Of a stretch of DNA of 53,928 bases, positions 11,130 through 24,128 are shown one piece after another. The position numbers and the translations under genes are program-made. The stretch's first letter is position 1, and the number at the start of each line of letters is the position of its first letter. The notes under the pieces are model-generated. The model was not told the DNA's origin. It ran no database searches and saw only the letters and a program-made list of their open reading frames with translations. Source of the DNA: Octopus sinensis (taxonomy: Eukaryota); NCBI RefSeq assembly GCF_006345805.1, contig NW_021833863.1, positions 1 to 53,928 of the forward strand. Direction: 5' to 3'.

Positions 11130-12062
11130 ACCCCAGAACAACATAAGAAGAAAAAGAAGAAGGGGAGGAGGAAAAAGAGGAGGAAGCTGTGGAGGAAGAA
11201 GAAGAAACAGCAGAAAAAGGAGGAGGAGGAGGTGGAAGAAGAAGTGGAAAAAGGAAGTGGAAAAAGGAGAAAAAGGTGAAGAAGGAGGAGGCGGAAGAAA
11301 GAGGAAATGAAGAAGGAGAAAAAGAAGAGGAGGAGGAAGCAGTGGAGAAAGAAGAAGAAACAGCAGAAAAAGGAGGAGGAGGAGGAAGAAAGAGGAAATG
11401 AAGAAGGAGAAAAAGAAGAGGAGGAGGAAGCAGTGGAGAAAGAAGAAGAAACAGCAGAAAAAGGAGGAGGAGGAGGAAGAAAGAGGAAATGAAGAAGGAG
11501 AAAAAGAAGAGGAGGAGGAAGCAGTGGAGGAAGAAGAAGAAACAGCAGAAAAAATGGTGGAGGAAGTGGAAGAAGAAAAGGAGAAAGGAGCAGAAGGAAA
11601 AAGAAGGTAGGAAAGAAGAAGGAGGAGGAGGAGGAAAGAGGAGATGAAGAAGAAGGGGAGGAGGAGAAAGTGGAGGAAGAAGAAGAAACAGCAAAAAAAT
11701 GGGGAAGGAGGTGGAAAGAAGAAGAGGGGAAAGGAGCAGAAGGAAAAAGATGATGAGGTGGAAAAAAAGAAGGTAGGGAAGAAGGAGGAGGAGGGGGAGC
11801 AAGAGGAAAGAGGAGATGAAGAAGGAGAAAAAGGAGAAGGGGAGGAGGAGAAAGAGGAGGAAGCAGTGGAAGAAGAAGAAGAAAGAAGAAACAGCAGAAA
11901 AAGGGGGAGGAGGTGGAAGAAGAAGGGGAGAAAGGAGCAGAAACAGGAGGAAAAAGAAGAGGAGGGGAATGAAGAAAGAGGTGATGAAGAAGGAGAAAAA
12001 GAAGAAGGAAGAGGAGGAGAAGAAGATGATGATAAGAAGAAGCAGACTAAGAAGGAAGCTGC
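11130..12062. repeat. Purine-strand minisatellite, 91-bp core period
   Basis: GAGGAAATGAAGAAGGAGAAAAAGAAGAGGAGGAGGAAGCAGTGGAG... starts at 11301, 11392 and 11483, with diverged copies on both sides. Confidence 0.9.
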
Positions 12063-12339
12063 AGCCAGCATTTACTGTTTTATGACAATGCAAATTGCAG
12101 TAAGTCCTGCCACCCATCGCTCCCACCAACGACCCCAACACACCACCATCACTATGACAACTTCCATCATCATAATCATCTCTATCATCATCAATACAAA
12201 GGAGACCCATTAAATTATAAGTAACAACAACAGTAACAACAACAAAGCCATGACATAAAACGAAATAATCTTGATAAATATCTGAAGCTGTCGTTTTCAC
12301 GAATTCCTTGGCCGTTGTAGAGGTTTTTTATCTCTGCAC

Positions 12340-12904
12340 CACCATCACCATCACCATCACCACTACAACCACCACTACAACCATCACCACCACCACCACC
12401 ACCAGCTCTACCACCACGACTATCACGACGGACACAACTACCTCTACAATCACCACGACGACGATGACGACGTCCAGCACCACCACCACCACTCCACCAC
12501 TACCACCACCACTCCACCACTACCACCACCACCACCACCACCATCACCACTGTCTCTACCTCTACCGCCACGACAAACATCGCCACTATCACTATCACCA
12601 TCACCACGACCACTACCATAACCACCTACACCACCACCACCAACTCACCACTAACACCACCACCACATACCTACCTATCCCACCGCCACTAACACCACCA
12701 CAACAAGGACCACCACTACGACTATCACCACACGAAACTGCCGCCACTACCACCGTAACAACCTCTATGCCTTACACCATCGCAACCACCGCATAGCAAC
12801 CATCACTTTAAACCAATAAAACCCAACTAAATTCCACAACCACCACCACCACCACCACCACTACCTACACCACCATCACCACCACCGCTACTACAACAAC
12901 AAGA

Positions 12905-12946
<42 letters not shown>

Positions 12947-13108
12947 GCCATCACCACTACTGCTACTGTAAATAAGCCTTATCTGAACACGGCAATCACC
13001 GCACAACGTCCATCACAACTAACATCACTGCATCCACTACATTCCTACCACCACCACCACCACCACCACCATCAACAGCAACAACAACAACTACAACATC
13101 ACTACTGT
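12340..13108. repeat. Cryptic (CAC/ACT) low-complexity tract
   Basis: Direct reading. Confidence 0.85.
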
Positions 13109-14019
13109 TATCCACTCCCATTCACACACACACACATGAGAAACATGAACGTAACTATCAACCACGCAGCATATCCAGCACCTTTACCATAACGAATACC
13201 ACCACCAGCAGCATTAAGAACAACAACAACATCATCAACATCATCAACAACAAAAACAACAACAAAGACAACAACAACGATATTGTTCCACTGGTCCATT
13301 AAACCATCCTTCTTTTCTTTCCTTTCTTTCTTTCTTTCTTTCTTTATTCCTATCCTACAGCTAATCTTTGGAAATTAAAACGCCTAAACATCATTGAGCT
13401 TTATTGTTTGAAAGATAGCCTCACCCATGCTCTCCTTCTTTTTCTTTCCTCTATTTGGCCCCCTTCCCCCTCCCCCCTGCAACCTCCTTGCTTTCACACG
13501 AAATTTTACGTGTCCCTTGTGTAGGAAGGATCTTTGGAAGGACATCAATAATGATTATATACTGAATAGATAACGCGCTGTGCGGAGAGAGAGAGAGAAG
13601 CCCTCTACTAATATGTTTCAATGACGTTTATGTTGTGTACTGCCATGATTAGATATTGTCTATGCTGCTTTTCACTGCTCTTAATTGCATCACTTCTGGT
13701 CGCACTTGTTACTTCTTCAACTATTGCTCCGAGCTCGAAGTTATATTATACGGTGTATCGCATACTTATGTCATTTTCCGCTTGAGCTTCCATTTTCAGA
13801 TTTCAATTCAAATGAATTGAATTCTTTTCAATTCACTTAACCTTGTTGCACTTCTCATACTAACTTGCGCACAAACATACGCACACACACACACACACAC
13901 ACACCACACACACACACGGATGCATGGAAGCACGCACGTGCGCACAGACACTCACACACATACAAACACATACTCACGCACACCCATATACGTGTATAAT
14001 GTGTGTATGTATGTGGGAT

Positions 14020-14395
14020 GGAAGCACTCCGTCGGTTACGACGACGAGGGTTCCGGTTGATCCGATCAACGGAACAGCCTGCTCGTGAAATTAACGTGCA
14101 AGTGGCTGAGCACTCCACAGACACGTGTACCCTTAACGCAGTTCTCGGGGATATTCAGCGTGACACAGAGAGTGACAAGGCCGGCCCTTTGAAATACAGG
14201 TACAACAGAAACAGGAAGTAAGAGTGAGAGAAAGTTGTAGTGAAAGAGTACAGCAAGGATCACCACCATCTCTGTCGGAGCCTCGTGGAGCTTTAGGTAT
14301 TTTCGCTCAATAAACACTCACAACGCCCGGTCTGGGAATCGAAACCGCGATCCTACGACCGCGAGTCCGCTGCCCTAACCACTGGGACATTGCGC
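14020..14395 (-). mobile_element. SINE-C (tRNA-derived, ~370 bp)
   Basis: Head (G)CGCAATG.CCCAGTGGTTAGGGCAGCGGACTCG, B-box-like GTTTCGATTCC; three copies in the window. Confidence 0.9.
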
Positions 14396-14587
14396 GCGTG
14401 AACGTTTAATTATTTCTTTATTACAGCATGGCCAGATGTTTCGACTCACTTTCTACGGAAGAGGAAGGAAAACCTTTGTAATAACACCTTGACCTCACTA
14501 AAGATTGAGAATTCATGACTAAATTAACACTTCCTAGTTTGTCCTGAATAGCAGAAGTAAAAATATTTGACAATCTAACTCAGTACT

Positions 14588-15000
<413 letters not shown>

Positions 15001-15499
15001 CCTGCGAAAGAATTAAATAAAATTCCTTTGCAGAGGGGTAAAAACAAGGGGAAAAAAGTGACAAAAACAGGACGTAAAAACAATACAATTAAAAACAAAT
15101 ACAAAATAAAAATAAAATTACAAAAAATACAGTACAAGAAGGAATAGAAACAGGACAGGAAAACAAAGAAAGAGGGCCTATAAGCCTAGACAAGGAAACA
15201 AATTTTTTCACGAGCGCAGGAAGAAACATCTTTACTTGAATAAGGCCGCCAGCGAAAGGAAGTTCGTAGACCCGGCTGTGAGAGAGATGATATATATATA
15301 TGTGTGTGTGTGTGTGTATGTATATATGCCTTTCCTTTGGCTAACATTGGAAATTGGTAGCGTGGAGAGGGGGACGCTGTGTGACTGCCGGTCTTCCGTA
15401 AACTGCCTTGCTCAGACTTGTACGTCGGAGGGTACCTTTTTAGGTGGAATCCTATGGTCATTCATGACCGAAGGGTGTCTTTACCATTTACGTATGTAT

Positions 15500-15800
15500 T
15501 CTATGTATGTATGTATGTATGTATGTATGTATGTATGTATGTATGTATGTATGTATGTATGTATGTATACGTGCAGATTTGTATGTTTTGTTTCATTTAT
15601 GTATTCTCACGCACATAGTTGCATGTCAAGACATGCTCATATATACTTAAATGATAAATTTCTGGTAAGTTTTACAGATATTTACAGTTCCATTGATGGC
15701 TTGGATCTGTGTATGTATGTACGTGTGTATGTATGCATGTATGTATGTATGTATGTATGTATGTATGTATGTATGTATGTATGTATGTATGTATGCATGC
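15500..15800. repeat. Two (TATG)n tracts
   Basis: Direct reading. Confidence 0.9.
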
Positions 15801-15920
15801 ATGCATCTATGCATATTTGCGTGTATGTATGTACGCATGTACCCTTTTATTCTTTCTTTTACGTGTTCAACCATTTGACTGCAGCCATGCTGGAGCACCT
15901 CCTTGAAAAAAATAAATAGC

Positions 15921-15982
15921 CTCCCTCGAGGGGAATTGAACCTCGGTCTACCGCGTGAGAGGTGGCTATACTTACCACCATA
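15921..15982 (-). pseudogene. 5'-truncated tRNA-Asp-derived pseudogene (anticodon reads CTC)
   Basis: TATGGTGGTAAGTATAGCCACCTCTCACGCGGTAGACCGAGGTTCAATTCCCCTCGAGGGAG is colinear with metazoan tRNA-Asp(GTC) from the D arm to the 3' end. The anticodon and T stems carry mismatches and the 5' acceptor strand is missing. Confidence 0.65.
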
Positions 15983-16294
15983 ATGATGCTCATGTACATA
16001 CGTTAATCGAAATGAATAGCTGTCGAATATTGCGTAAATATTTTCGCTTTCACGTATAGTGCTCGATAAATTTGCACTTAAAATAAGTCAAGAGTCTGAT
16101 CTGTAATACACTGTTAAATAAAGTATGCAAACGGTCAGATCCATAAAAATAATCACAGAATATATCTTGAAACAATATAAATAATAGTTAGGCATATCTT
16201 TGGTCAGAGTGCTATGTTTCCGGTCAAGGAACTTGCGTATCAAATTATGTCGGACCTTATGTCGGATCTTAATAAGCAGGCGAAGCGGAATACA

Positions 16295-16482
16295 TTCGTT
16301 TCTATTCTAGGCATCAGACACGAACTTTTGGGGGATGGAGCCAGTTGATTAGATCGTCCTAGTACGCAGCTGGTACTTAATTTATCGACACCGAAAGACT
16401 GAAAGGCAAAGTCGAAATTGAACTCAGAACGTAATGACAAATGAAATACTGATAAGCATTTCGCCTGGCGTGCTAACGTTTC
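16295..16482 (-). mobile_element. SINE-A, tail type 1, 5'-trimmed
   Basis: Starts at AGAAACGTTAGCACG directly after the upstream array. Confidence 0.8.
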
Positions 16483-16502
16483 TTATTTGATTTTTTATTT
16501 TT

Positions 16503-16908
16503 TTGCCCGCAAGGAGCCAAACATAGAGAGGACAAAGAAGGACAGACAAAAGGATTACGTCGATTACATCGATCCCAGTGCGTAACTGGTTCTTAATTTA
16601 TCGATCCCGAAAGGATGAAAGACAAAGTCGACCTCGGCGGAATTTGAACTCAGAACGTAACAGCAGACGAAATACCTATTTCTTTACTGCCCACAAGGGT
16701 CTAAACACAGAGAGGACAAACAAGGACAGACACACGGATTAAGTCGATTACATCGACCCCAGAGCGTAACTGGTACTTATTTCATCGACCACGAACGGAT
16801 GAAAGGCAAAGTCGACCTCGGCTGAATTTGAACTCAGAACGTAACAGCAGACGAAATACCGCTAAGAATTTCGCCCGGCGCGCAAACGTTTCTGCCAGCT
16901 TGCCACCT
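16503..16908 (-). mobile_element. SINE-A dimer, tail type 2
   Basis: Head unit plus a second unit; junction AAAGAAATAGGTATTTCGTC. Confidence 0.9.
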
Positions 16909-17506
16909 AGCGAAGCGGAATATAATGTAACAAAAACAAAAGAGCTTTTATAAAATGTGCAAACTGAATATCAGGACCATCGTTACAGCTGAAAACTGTA
17001 AACTTGAAAAACTTTCACTCAGTACTGTTAAATACAATTTTATTAAACAGTGCAACTAACCAAAATATGTTCATGCTAAATTTAAGATATATTCATTATG
17101 TATTTTAGGGCCCCTTCTAACTTCTGAATTAATGTTAAATTTTTTATAGTTGACCGTTTGATGTTAATTTGACCTTAAGTGAAATCTAAAGTCTATGTAT
17201 CTTTGTGGAAACATCTGGCTTTTAAAATACTCTATGAATCATGCTTTTACGGTAGTAGAAAAGGAATTTAGCTCCTATTTCTAAATTCGGTGCGTGGCGA
17301 AGCAATTACCTGACACCTAATTATAATTATGCTTATAATTATAGAACATTTATAATATATATATATATTGGCCTGGTCGCTTAGCCAGCGGAGTGGCGTC
17401 ATTCGAAGGCTAAAACAATGCAAACGCATTGTGACCAGCGATGTGTAACAACATCTGATGGTCTGGTCGGTCACGTGATGACGTGATATATATATATATA
17501 TATATA

Positions 17507-17550
<44 letters not shown>

Positions 17551-17784
17551 AACTTAAAAGCGTTGCTATTGTTCCATGGCTTACCGTTTGAATAAGTTTA
17601 TTTGTTGCATATAGTGCAAACATCAAAAACTCTGACAAGTCACCAGGATGCTTTGCAGCTTCGGTGTTCTGTTGATGAGACCTCTTGTATGATATAAGTC
17701 AACTATGCAATATGAAATTACAGATTCTGCCCGCATATACGCAGAGTTCGTTTCATGATTTGTAGACGACTTCGCTGTTCCGCT

Positions 17785-17800
17785 GCTGCTGCTGCTGCTG

Positions 17801-17849
<49 letters not shown>

Positions 17850-17872
17850 AACAACTTCTTCTACTACTACTA
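17785..17872. repeat. (GCT)n-(ACT)n microsatellite
   Basis: Direct reading. Confidence 0.9.
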
Positions 17873-18244
17873 CGTACGCACTCACTCACACACACATATC
17901 TTTACGTATATAAGGTAAACAGAGAAATAGATAGGCAGATAGATGCGTTATAGAATATCTGTATTCGTGTTTACCGGTGAAAAGCATCGCAGACTACATT
18001 GCGGTATTGAAGATTGTACTTAACTGTCCGATAAAATGAATACTAGACAAAAATATTAGGACAGATATATAATTGACTAAACACCTCGAAGGCGCTACCC
18101 CAGCATGGCTGCAGTTCATTTATTGAAAATATCTAAAGAACTACATACATATATATATATATGCGTATATAAGTACATGTATATGCTGTCTTGTCAATAG
18201 ACTTAGTTATTATAGTCTATATATCGATTTTCTCTTCTTACCGT

Positions 18245-18287
18245 ATACTGGCGATCGTTTCGTAATCTTTTTTCTTCATCAAAGTAT
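18245..18287 (-). ncRNA. Decayed minimal type I hammerhead motif
   Basis: Stem I AUACU/AGUAU; UUGAUGA (C3U) plus A; imperfect stem II; GAAA; ACGAUCGC (palindrome ACGAUCGU with U16.1C). Confidence 0.45.
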
Positions 18288-18436
18288 CTTTGTAATGTTT
18301 AAAGGTCAAATTCGAAGGCAAAAAAAGGTTTTGGAAGAATTTTTTTTCCATTATTCATTTCATGTAAACACTCTTACTCCTAAAAGGACAAAACAAATTA
18401 TCTTATATTATATGGTCTTGAGTAGTTATATATATG

Positions 18437-18478
<42 letters not shown>

Positions 18479-18578
18479 CTTACACACATACATACACACA
18501 CACACACATATATGTGTGTGTGTGTCGTGTATATTTACGTATATATATATATATATAATATACATACACACATGTATA

Positions 18579-18611
<33 letters not shown>

Positions 18612-19065
18612 CATGTGTGTATGTATAAATTTATAGATCATTTGTGCAGTAGACAAATAAATTAATAAATAGAACAAAAATAAAGACTTGAGAAAATGTT
18701 TTTAGGTGAGAGATTGAATTTTTTATCTTGATTTTCAATTCGTAGGAGGTCGAATCGTTTCATGCAGTTTTCTTTATATTTATATTTTATACAGAATAAA
18801 TCAATCTTTTCACTGATAGCGTCCCTAAATATACCTGTTGGTCAAAAATAAGTGAAAAGTAACTACACTTTTGTACATCGAGGCATTATTCTGTTGGGTT
18901 ATGCTAGCAATTATTACCTTGCTGCTAGTAATCATAAGAAATCCTACAACGTTATTCTTTGGTGCTATTGCCGTTTGTATTACAAGGCGGGAAAAGGCTT
19001 CTCAATTTAATTTCCTACTTTAAAATATTTAGAATCAAAGTACTGCTCTTATTATTATTTCACTT

Positions 19066-20075
19066 CAAGACGGTGAGCAGGCAGAGTCGTTAGTGCGCAG
19101 GACAAAATGCTTAGCGGTCTTTCGCCCGTCACTATGTTCTGAGTTCATATTCCGCCTAGGTCGACTGTGCCTTTCACCCTTTCGGGGTCGATGAAATAAG
19201 TACCGATTGCACACGGGGTCGATATAATCGACTAGCCCCCCCATCCCCCAAATTTTCAAGACCTTGTGGCTAGAGCAGAAATAAATATTACTTTACTTCA
19301 AGGCGGTGAGCTGGCAGAATCGTTATCGCGCCTGGCGAAATGCTTAGCGGTATTTCGTCTGCCGTTACGTTCTGAGTTCAAATTCCGCCGAGGTCGACAT
19401 TGCCTTTCCTCATTTCGGGCTCGATAAATTAAGTACCTGTTGCGTACTAGGATCGATCTAATTGACTGGCCATCTTCCCCAAAATTTCAGGCCTTATTCC
19501 TAGAGTAGAAGAAAAACCTTTAACGAGCCGGACAAAATGCTTGGCGGCGTTTCGTTCGTCATTGCATTCTGAGACGAAATTCCACCGAGGTCGACTCTAC
19601 ATTTCAGTCTTTTGAGGTCGATAAAATAAGTACTAAACAAACACTGAGGGACGGTGTAATCGATTCCCCCTCCCCTAAAAAAAATGCTGGCCCTGTACCA
19701 AAATTTGAAACAATCATTTCTTCTTATTCAAAGCGGTGAGCTGATAGAATCGTATGCACACCGGACAAAATGCTTAGTGGCGTTTCGTCCGCTTTTATAT
19801 CTTGAGTTCAAACCCCGCCGAGGGCGACTTTCACCCTTTCGAGGTAGATGAAATACGTACAAGTCAAAGACTTGAATCGATATAATTGACGAGCACCCAG
19901 CCCCTAAATTTTAAGGCCTTGTGCATATAGCAGAAAGGATCATTTCTATATGAGCTAAGCGGCGAGTTGGTAGAATTTTACTTTTATATCTTCGGTATCA
20001 AAACGATGCATCATGTACAGAGATTGATGATATCGACTTTTAGCCTTTCTCCTCAAAATCACGGACCTTGTGCCT
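19066..20075 (+). mobile_element. Five head-to-tail SINE-A (tail type 1) copies
   Basis: Copies at ~19066, 19299, 19520 (5'-trimmed), 19729 and 19957 (partial), each diverged differently. Confidence 0.85.
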
Positions 20076-20264
20076 AAATCAAATTCCCTTAATTTTACAC
20101 GTGTATCTTTCTCGGTTATTCTCCAGATGATATTCTGCTTTTTATGATAGACTTTTCCTTTTTATGATTCTCTTTACCTTCAACACTGAGGTTCGTGTCA
20201 GACTTCATTCTTAAATTTGTACGTCTGTATTGTTTTTTAGGGCCCAGTTTACAGAACGCGTGCA

Positions 20265-20269
<5 letters not shown>

Positions 20270-20347
<78 letters not shown>

Positions 20348-20355
20348 GCACACAC
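20270..20355. repeat. (CA)n microsatellite
   Basis: Direct reading. Confidence 0.95.
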
Positions 20356-20381
20356 GCGCACATATTATTAATCACATGTAC

Positions 20382-20980
20382 AAGGCGGCAAGCTGGCAGA
20401 AACGTTAGCACAACGGGCGAAATGCGTAGCCGTATTTCGTCTGCCGTTACGTTCTGAGTTCAAATTCCGCCTAGGTCGACTTTGCCTTTCAGCCTTTCGG
20501 GGTCGATAAATTAAGTACCAGTTACGCACTGGTGTCGATGTAATGGACTTAATCCGTTTGTCTGTCCTTGTTTTTTACTCTCTGTGTTTAGCCCCTTGCG
20601 GGTAGTAAAGAAATAGGTATTTCGTTTGTCTTTACGTTCTGAGTTCAAATTCCGCCGAAGTCGACTTTGTCTTTCATCTTTTTGGGGTCGATATAATCGA
20701 CTTAATTCATTTGTCTGTCCTTGTTTGTCCCCTCTATGTTTGGCCCCTTGTGGGTAGTAAAGAAATAGGTAATTCGTCTGCCGCTACGTTCTGAGTTCAA
20801 ATTCCGCCGAAGTCGACTTTGCCTTTCATCCTTTCGGGGTCGATTAAATAAGTACCAGTTACGCACTCGGGTCGATATCATCGACTTAATCCGTTTGTCT
20901 GTCCTTGTTTGTCATTATCTGTGTGTAGCTCCTTGTGGGCAGTAAAGAAATAGGTGTTTCGTATCTCTTTACGTTCTGAG
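20382..20980 (+). mobile_element. SINE-A multimer (tail type 2): three units plus a partial fourth
   Basis: Units 20382-20615, 20616-20766, 20767-20952 and partial 20953-20980; junctions AAAGAAATA|GGT. Confidence 0.9.
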
Positions 20981-21363
20981 ATAACTTTACACATAGCGTT
21001 GCAAAAACTAGCGAATATAAAATCAAATAACACAAATGTTATAGGGACCGTGGCTAACATGTTTAACTAAGCCGCATCTCTTTCTTTTTGTTGTTGTTGT
21101 TGTTCTGCTTTTGTAAAAGACAGCATCTCTTTGCCGCAAGCAATGTAGTTTTTCCAAGGAAATGAATATTAATAAATATATATATATTCCAGTGCATGTA
21201 TATTATACCTTGATTTTGTGTTACATGCTTTAAACTATTTTTATATTATAGACGATGTTAAAGCAGGAATTTCATGCTACATGCGTATACGGCTCTGAGT
21301 GTGTGCGTGTGTGTGCGCCCGCGCGTATAAATGTATACAGAAATGTTAATGAAGGATACAACC

Positions 21364-21444
<81 letters not shown>

Positions 21445-21454
21445 TATATATAAA

Positions 21455-21646
21455 CAGTGGCGGCCAAAATGTTCAGAACGGCATAACTTTTGTATTATCC
21501 TCTCAAATTACACCAAAATCTCAGGCACTAACAAATAATATCGTATTTATTGTCTGTGAAAATTATAGAATATAAAACAACTTTGGTAAAAATTTATACT
21601 TACTTTTCTGACGAAAACAATGCCGTTCTTAACCTTTTGGCCGCAA

Positions 21647-21649
<3 letters not shown>
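21455..21649. mobile_element. Tc1/mariner-type MITE (195 bp) in (TA)n
   Basis: Left TIR CAGTGGCGGCCAAAATGTTCAGAACGGCAT; right TIR (reverse complement) CAGTTGCGGCCAAAAGGTTAAGAACGGCAT (27/30 match); TA at the right flank. Confidence 0.85.
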
Positions 21650-21691
<42 letters not shown>

Positions 21692-21833
21692 ATATATATC
21701 AAATCTATCTATTTGTATGTCTATCTGTCTGTCTAACTAACCGTCTGACTGTCTGTCTGTCTATCTGTCTATTTATGTAACTATCTATTTGTCTATTTGT
21801 CTATGTATGTATGTATGTATGTATCTCTCTATC

Positions 21834-22243
21834 TCTTTTTTACTCTTTTACTTGTTTCAGAAATTTGACTGTGACCATGCTGGAGCACCTCCTTTAGTCG
21901 AGCAAATCGACCCCAGGACTTATTCTTTGTAAGCCTAGTACTTATTCTATCGGTCTCTTTTCCCGAACATCTGAATTACAGGGACGTAAATATACCACCA
22001 TCTGTTGTCAAGCGATGTTGGGGGCACAAACACAGACACACAAACATATACAAACACATACATGCATATATACATATATATGACGGCCTTCTTTCAGTTT
22101 CCGTCTACCAAATCCACTCACAAGACTTTGGTCGGCCGAGGCTATAGTAGAAGACACTTGCCCAAGGTGCCACGCAATGGGACTAATCCCGGAACGAAGT
22201 GGTCAGTAGACAAGCTACTTACCACGCAGCCACTCCTGCACCT
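21834..22243 (-). mobile_element. SINE-B
   Basis: Full modular sequence. Confidence 0.9.
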
Positions 22244-22257
22244 ATCTATCTATTATT

Positions 22258-22677
22258 ATTTTACTATTCTTCTGGTTTTAGTCGTAGAAATGCGGGCATG
22301 CTGGAGCATAGAGGGTCAGTGGAATATATTGACCCCAGCACTTATTTCAGGTCTCTTACCCACCTACCGGACGCTTTAGCCGATTCTTAAGTCACGTGGA
22401 CGTGAACAAACCAACGTTTGCCAACCATTGTGGAGACAAACACAAGCGCATAACCATGCATACATACATATATATATATAGAAACACACACACACACACA
22501 CACATACATACACACACACATACATATACTACGGACCTCACACAATTCGTATCTACGAAATTCACTCAAAAGTATATGTAAACTCGGGGCTAATGTATAA
22601 AATATATGCCAATGTGCCGCAACTTGGGATTGAACTTGAAACATGTGGTTGCTAATAGTACTTCATAACCACACAGA
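22258..22677 (-). mobile_element. SINE-B, old diverged copy directly adjacent to the previous one
   Basis: Recognisable tail (GCATGCTGGAGC), internal CA/TA tract and decayed head. Confidence 0.7.
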
Positions 22678-23179
22678 ATTCTCCTACTAGCATGGCATAA
22701 TCGTTTGATATGTTATATCTTCTCATATAACATGTCCCAAATAGAGAATTATGTTCGTAGTTCCCAACAGATATCTGTTCCGATGCCAAAAGCGACTTCT
22801 TTGGCAAAGTTGGGCTTGATGTCTTATCAGCAGAAAAGCGAAGAATGAATTTGGAAGCAAACTGCCATGGTGTATATAGATGGCACGCCGTGTCAGTCGG
22901 TTATCTGTAGTGGAGAGAGAGAGAGAGAGAGAGAGAGAGCTAACTTTAGATGTTGGCTTCTGTTCTTACACACATATACACACATACATGCACACACACA
23001 TACACACACACATACACACACTCAAATACACACAAATGTGAATATATAGGCATATATATGATATAATATATAATACATGTACACATACATACACACATAT
23101 ATATACATACATAAGAATATACATCCTCGAGCAGACACCAAGGATGCGGGGTTAGTCTGCATCACCAAGTATGATATAT

Positions 23180-23421
<242 letters not shown>

Positions 23422-23710
23422 GCAGTTATACATATATTTGAATACTTCACACCGTTGTACATATATACACCATATATTCACATTTTTATTGTCCAACTAC
23501 AAAGCTAAGTTGAAATTTTATTTCAAGTTTGAACGGCCTTTTGCTTGACTTTTGTTTTTTATTGATGTAGCTACATTTACAGTATGAAAGAATAGAATCA
23601 CACGTCTGAAGTTAGAGCGCGTCACCGTAGATAACTCTTCGGCACAACGTGCCACATATATACGCATACATACATACATACATACATACATACATACATA
23701 CATACATACA

Positions 23711-23742
<32 letters not shown>

Positions 23743-23771
23743 CGTGTCTGTGTGTGTGTTTTGTGAATAGC

Positions 23772-23910
23772 CACAGGTGTGGCTGTTTGGTAAAAAGTTT
23801 ACTTCCCAACCACATGGTTCCAGGTTCAGTTTCACCGCGTGTTCAGTTTCAGCCTTGTGAGTAGATTTGGTAATCGGAAACTGAGAGAAGCCCGTCGTAT
23901 ATATATATAC
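23772..23910 (+). mobile_element. SINE-B 5' half (CORE part deleted); its probable 3' half is at 24952-25146
   Basis: CAGGTGTGGCTGTTTGGTAA...GAAGCCCGTCGTATATA. Confidence 0.8.
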
Positions 23911-23914
23911 ATAT

Positions 23915-24128
23915 AGTGAGAATTTCCAAACAAAACAACAACAAAAAACAAGTAACGAACACGGGTATGTAAACGGTAAAACAGATGTATTAGTTTAACG
24001 CTCGAGAAGTGAGAAAGTCTTTTACATTTCGAGTCTACGCTCTTCGACAGAAAGGAACACAGAAATAAACAGAGAAAGAAAATAGAAAAAATAGAAAAAG
24101 GTATAGTGGCCAGCGATCTATCATGGCG
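23915..24128 (-). mobile_element. ~200-bp Penelope-terminus-like element, family 2
   Basis: Begins CGCCATGATAGATCG exactly as the 39117 copy does and ends next to (TA)n; contains an A6U hammerhead variant at 24019-24054. Confidence 0.75.

Noticed and set aside
11025-12300. The 348-aa, 399-aa and Glu/Lys-rich ORFs as a real gene
   Set aside because: They come from a purine/pyrimidine-skewed minisatellite with a 91-bp (non-triplet) period
15921-15982. Functional tRNA gene
   Set aside because: The 5' acceptor strand is missing and the anticodon and T stems are mismatched
16503-20980. Tandem SINE-A units as a CRISPR-like array
   Set aside because: Units are 150-230 bp SINE bodies with no unique spacers, in eukaryotic context with no cas genes
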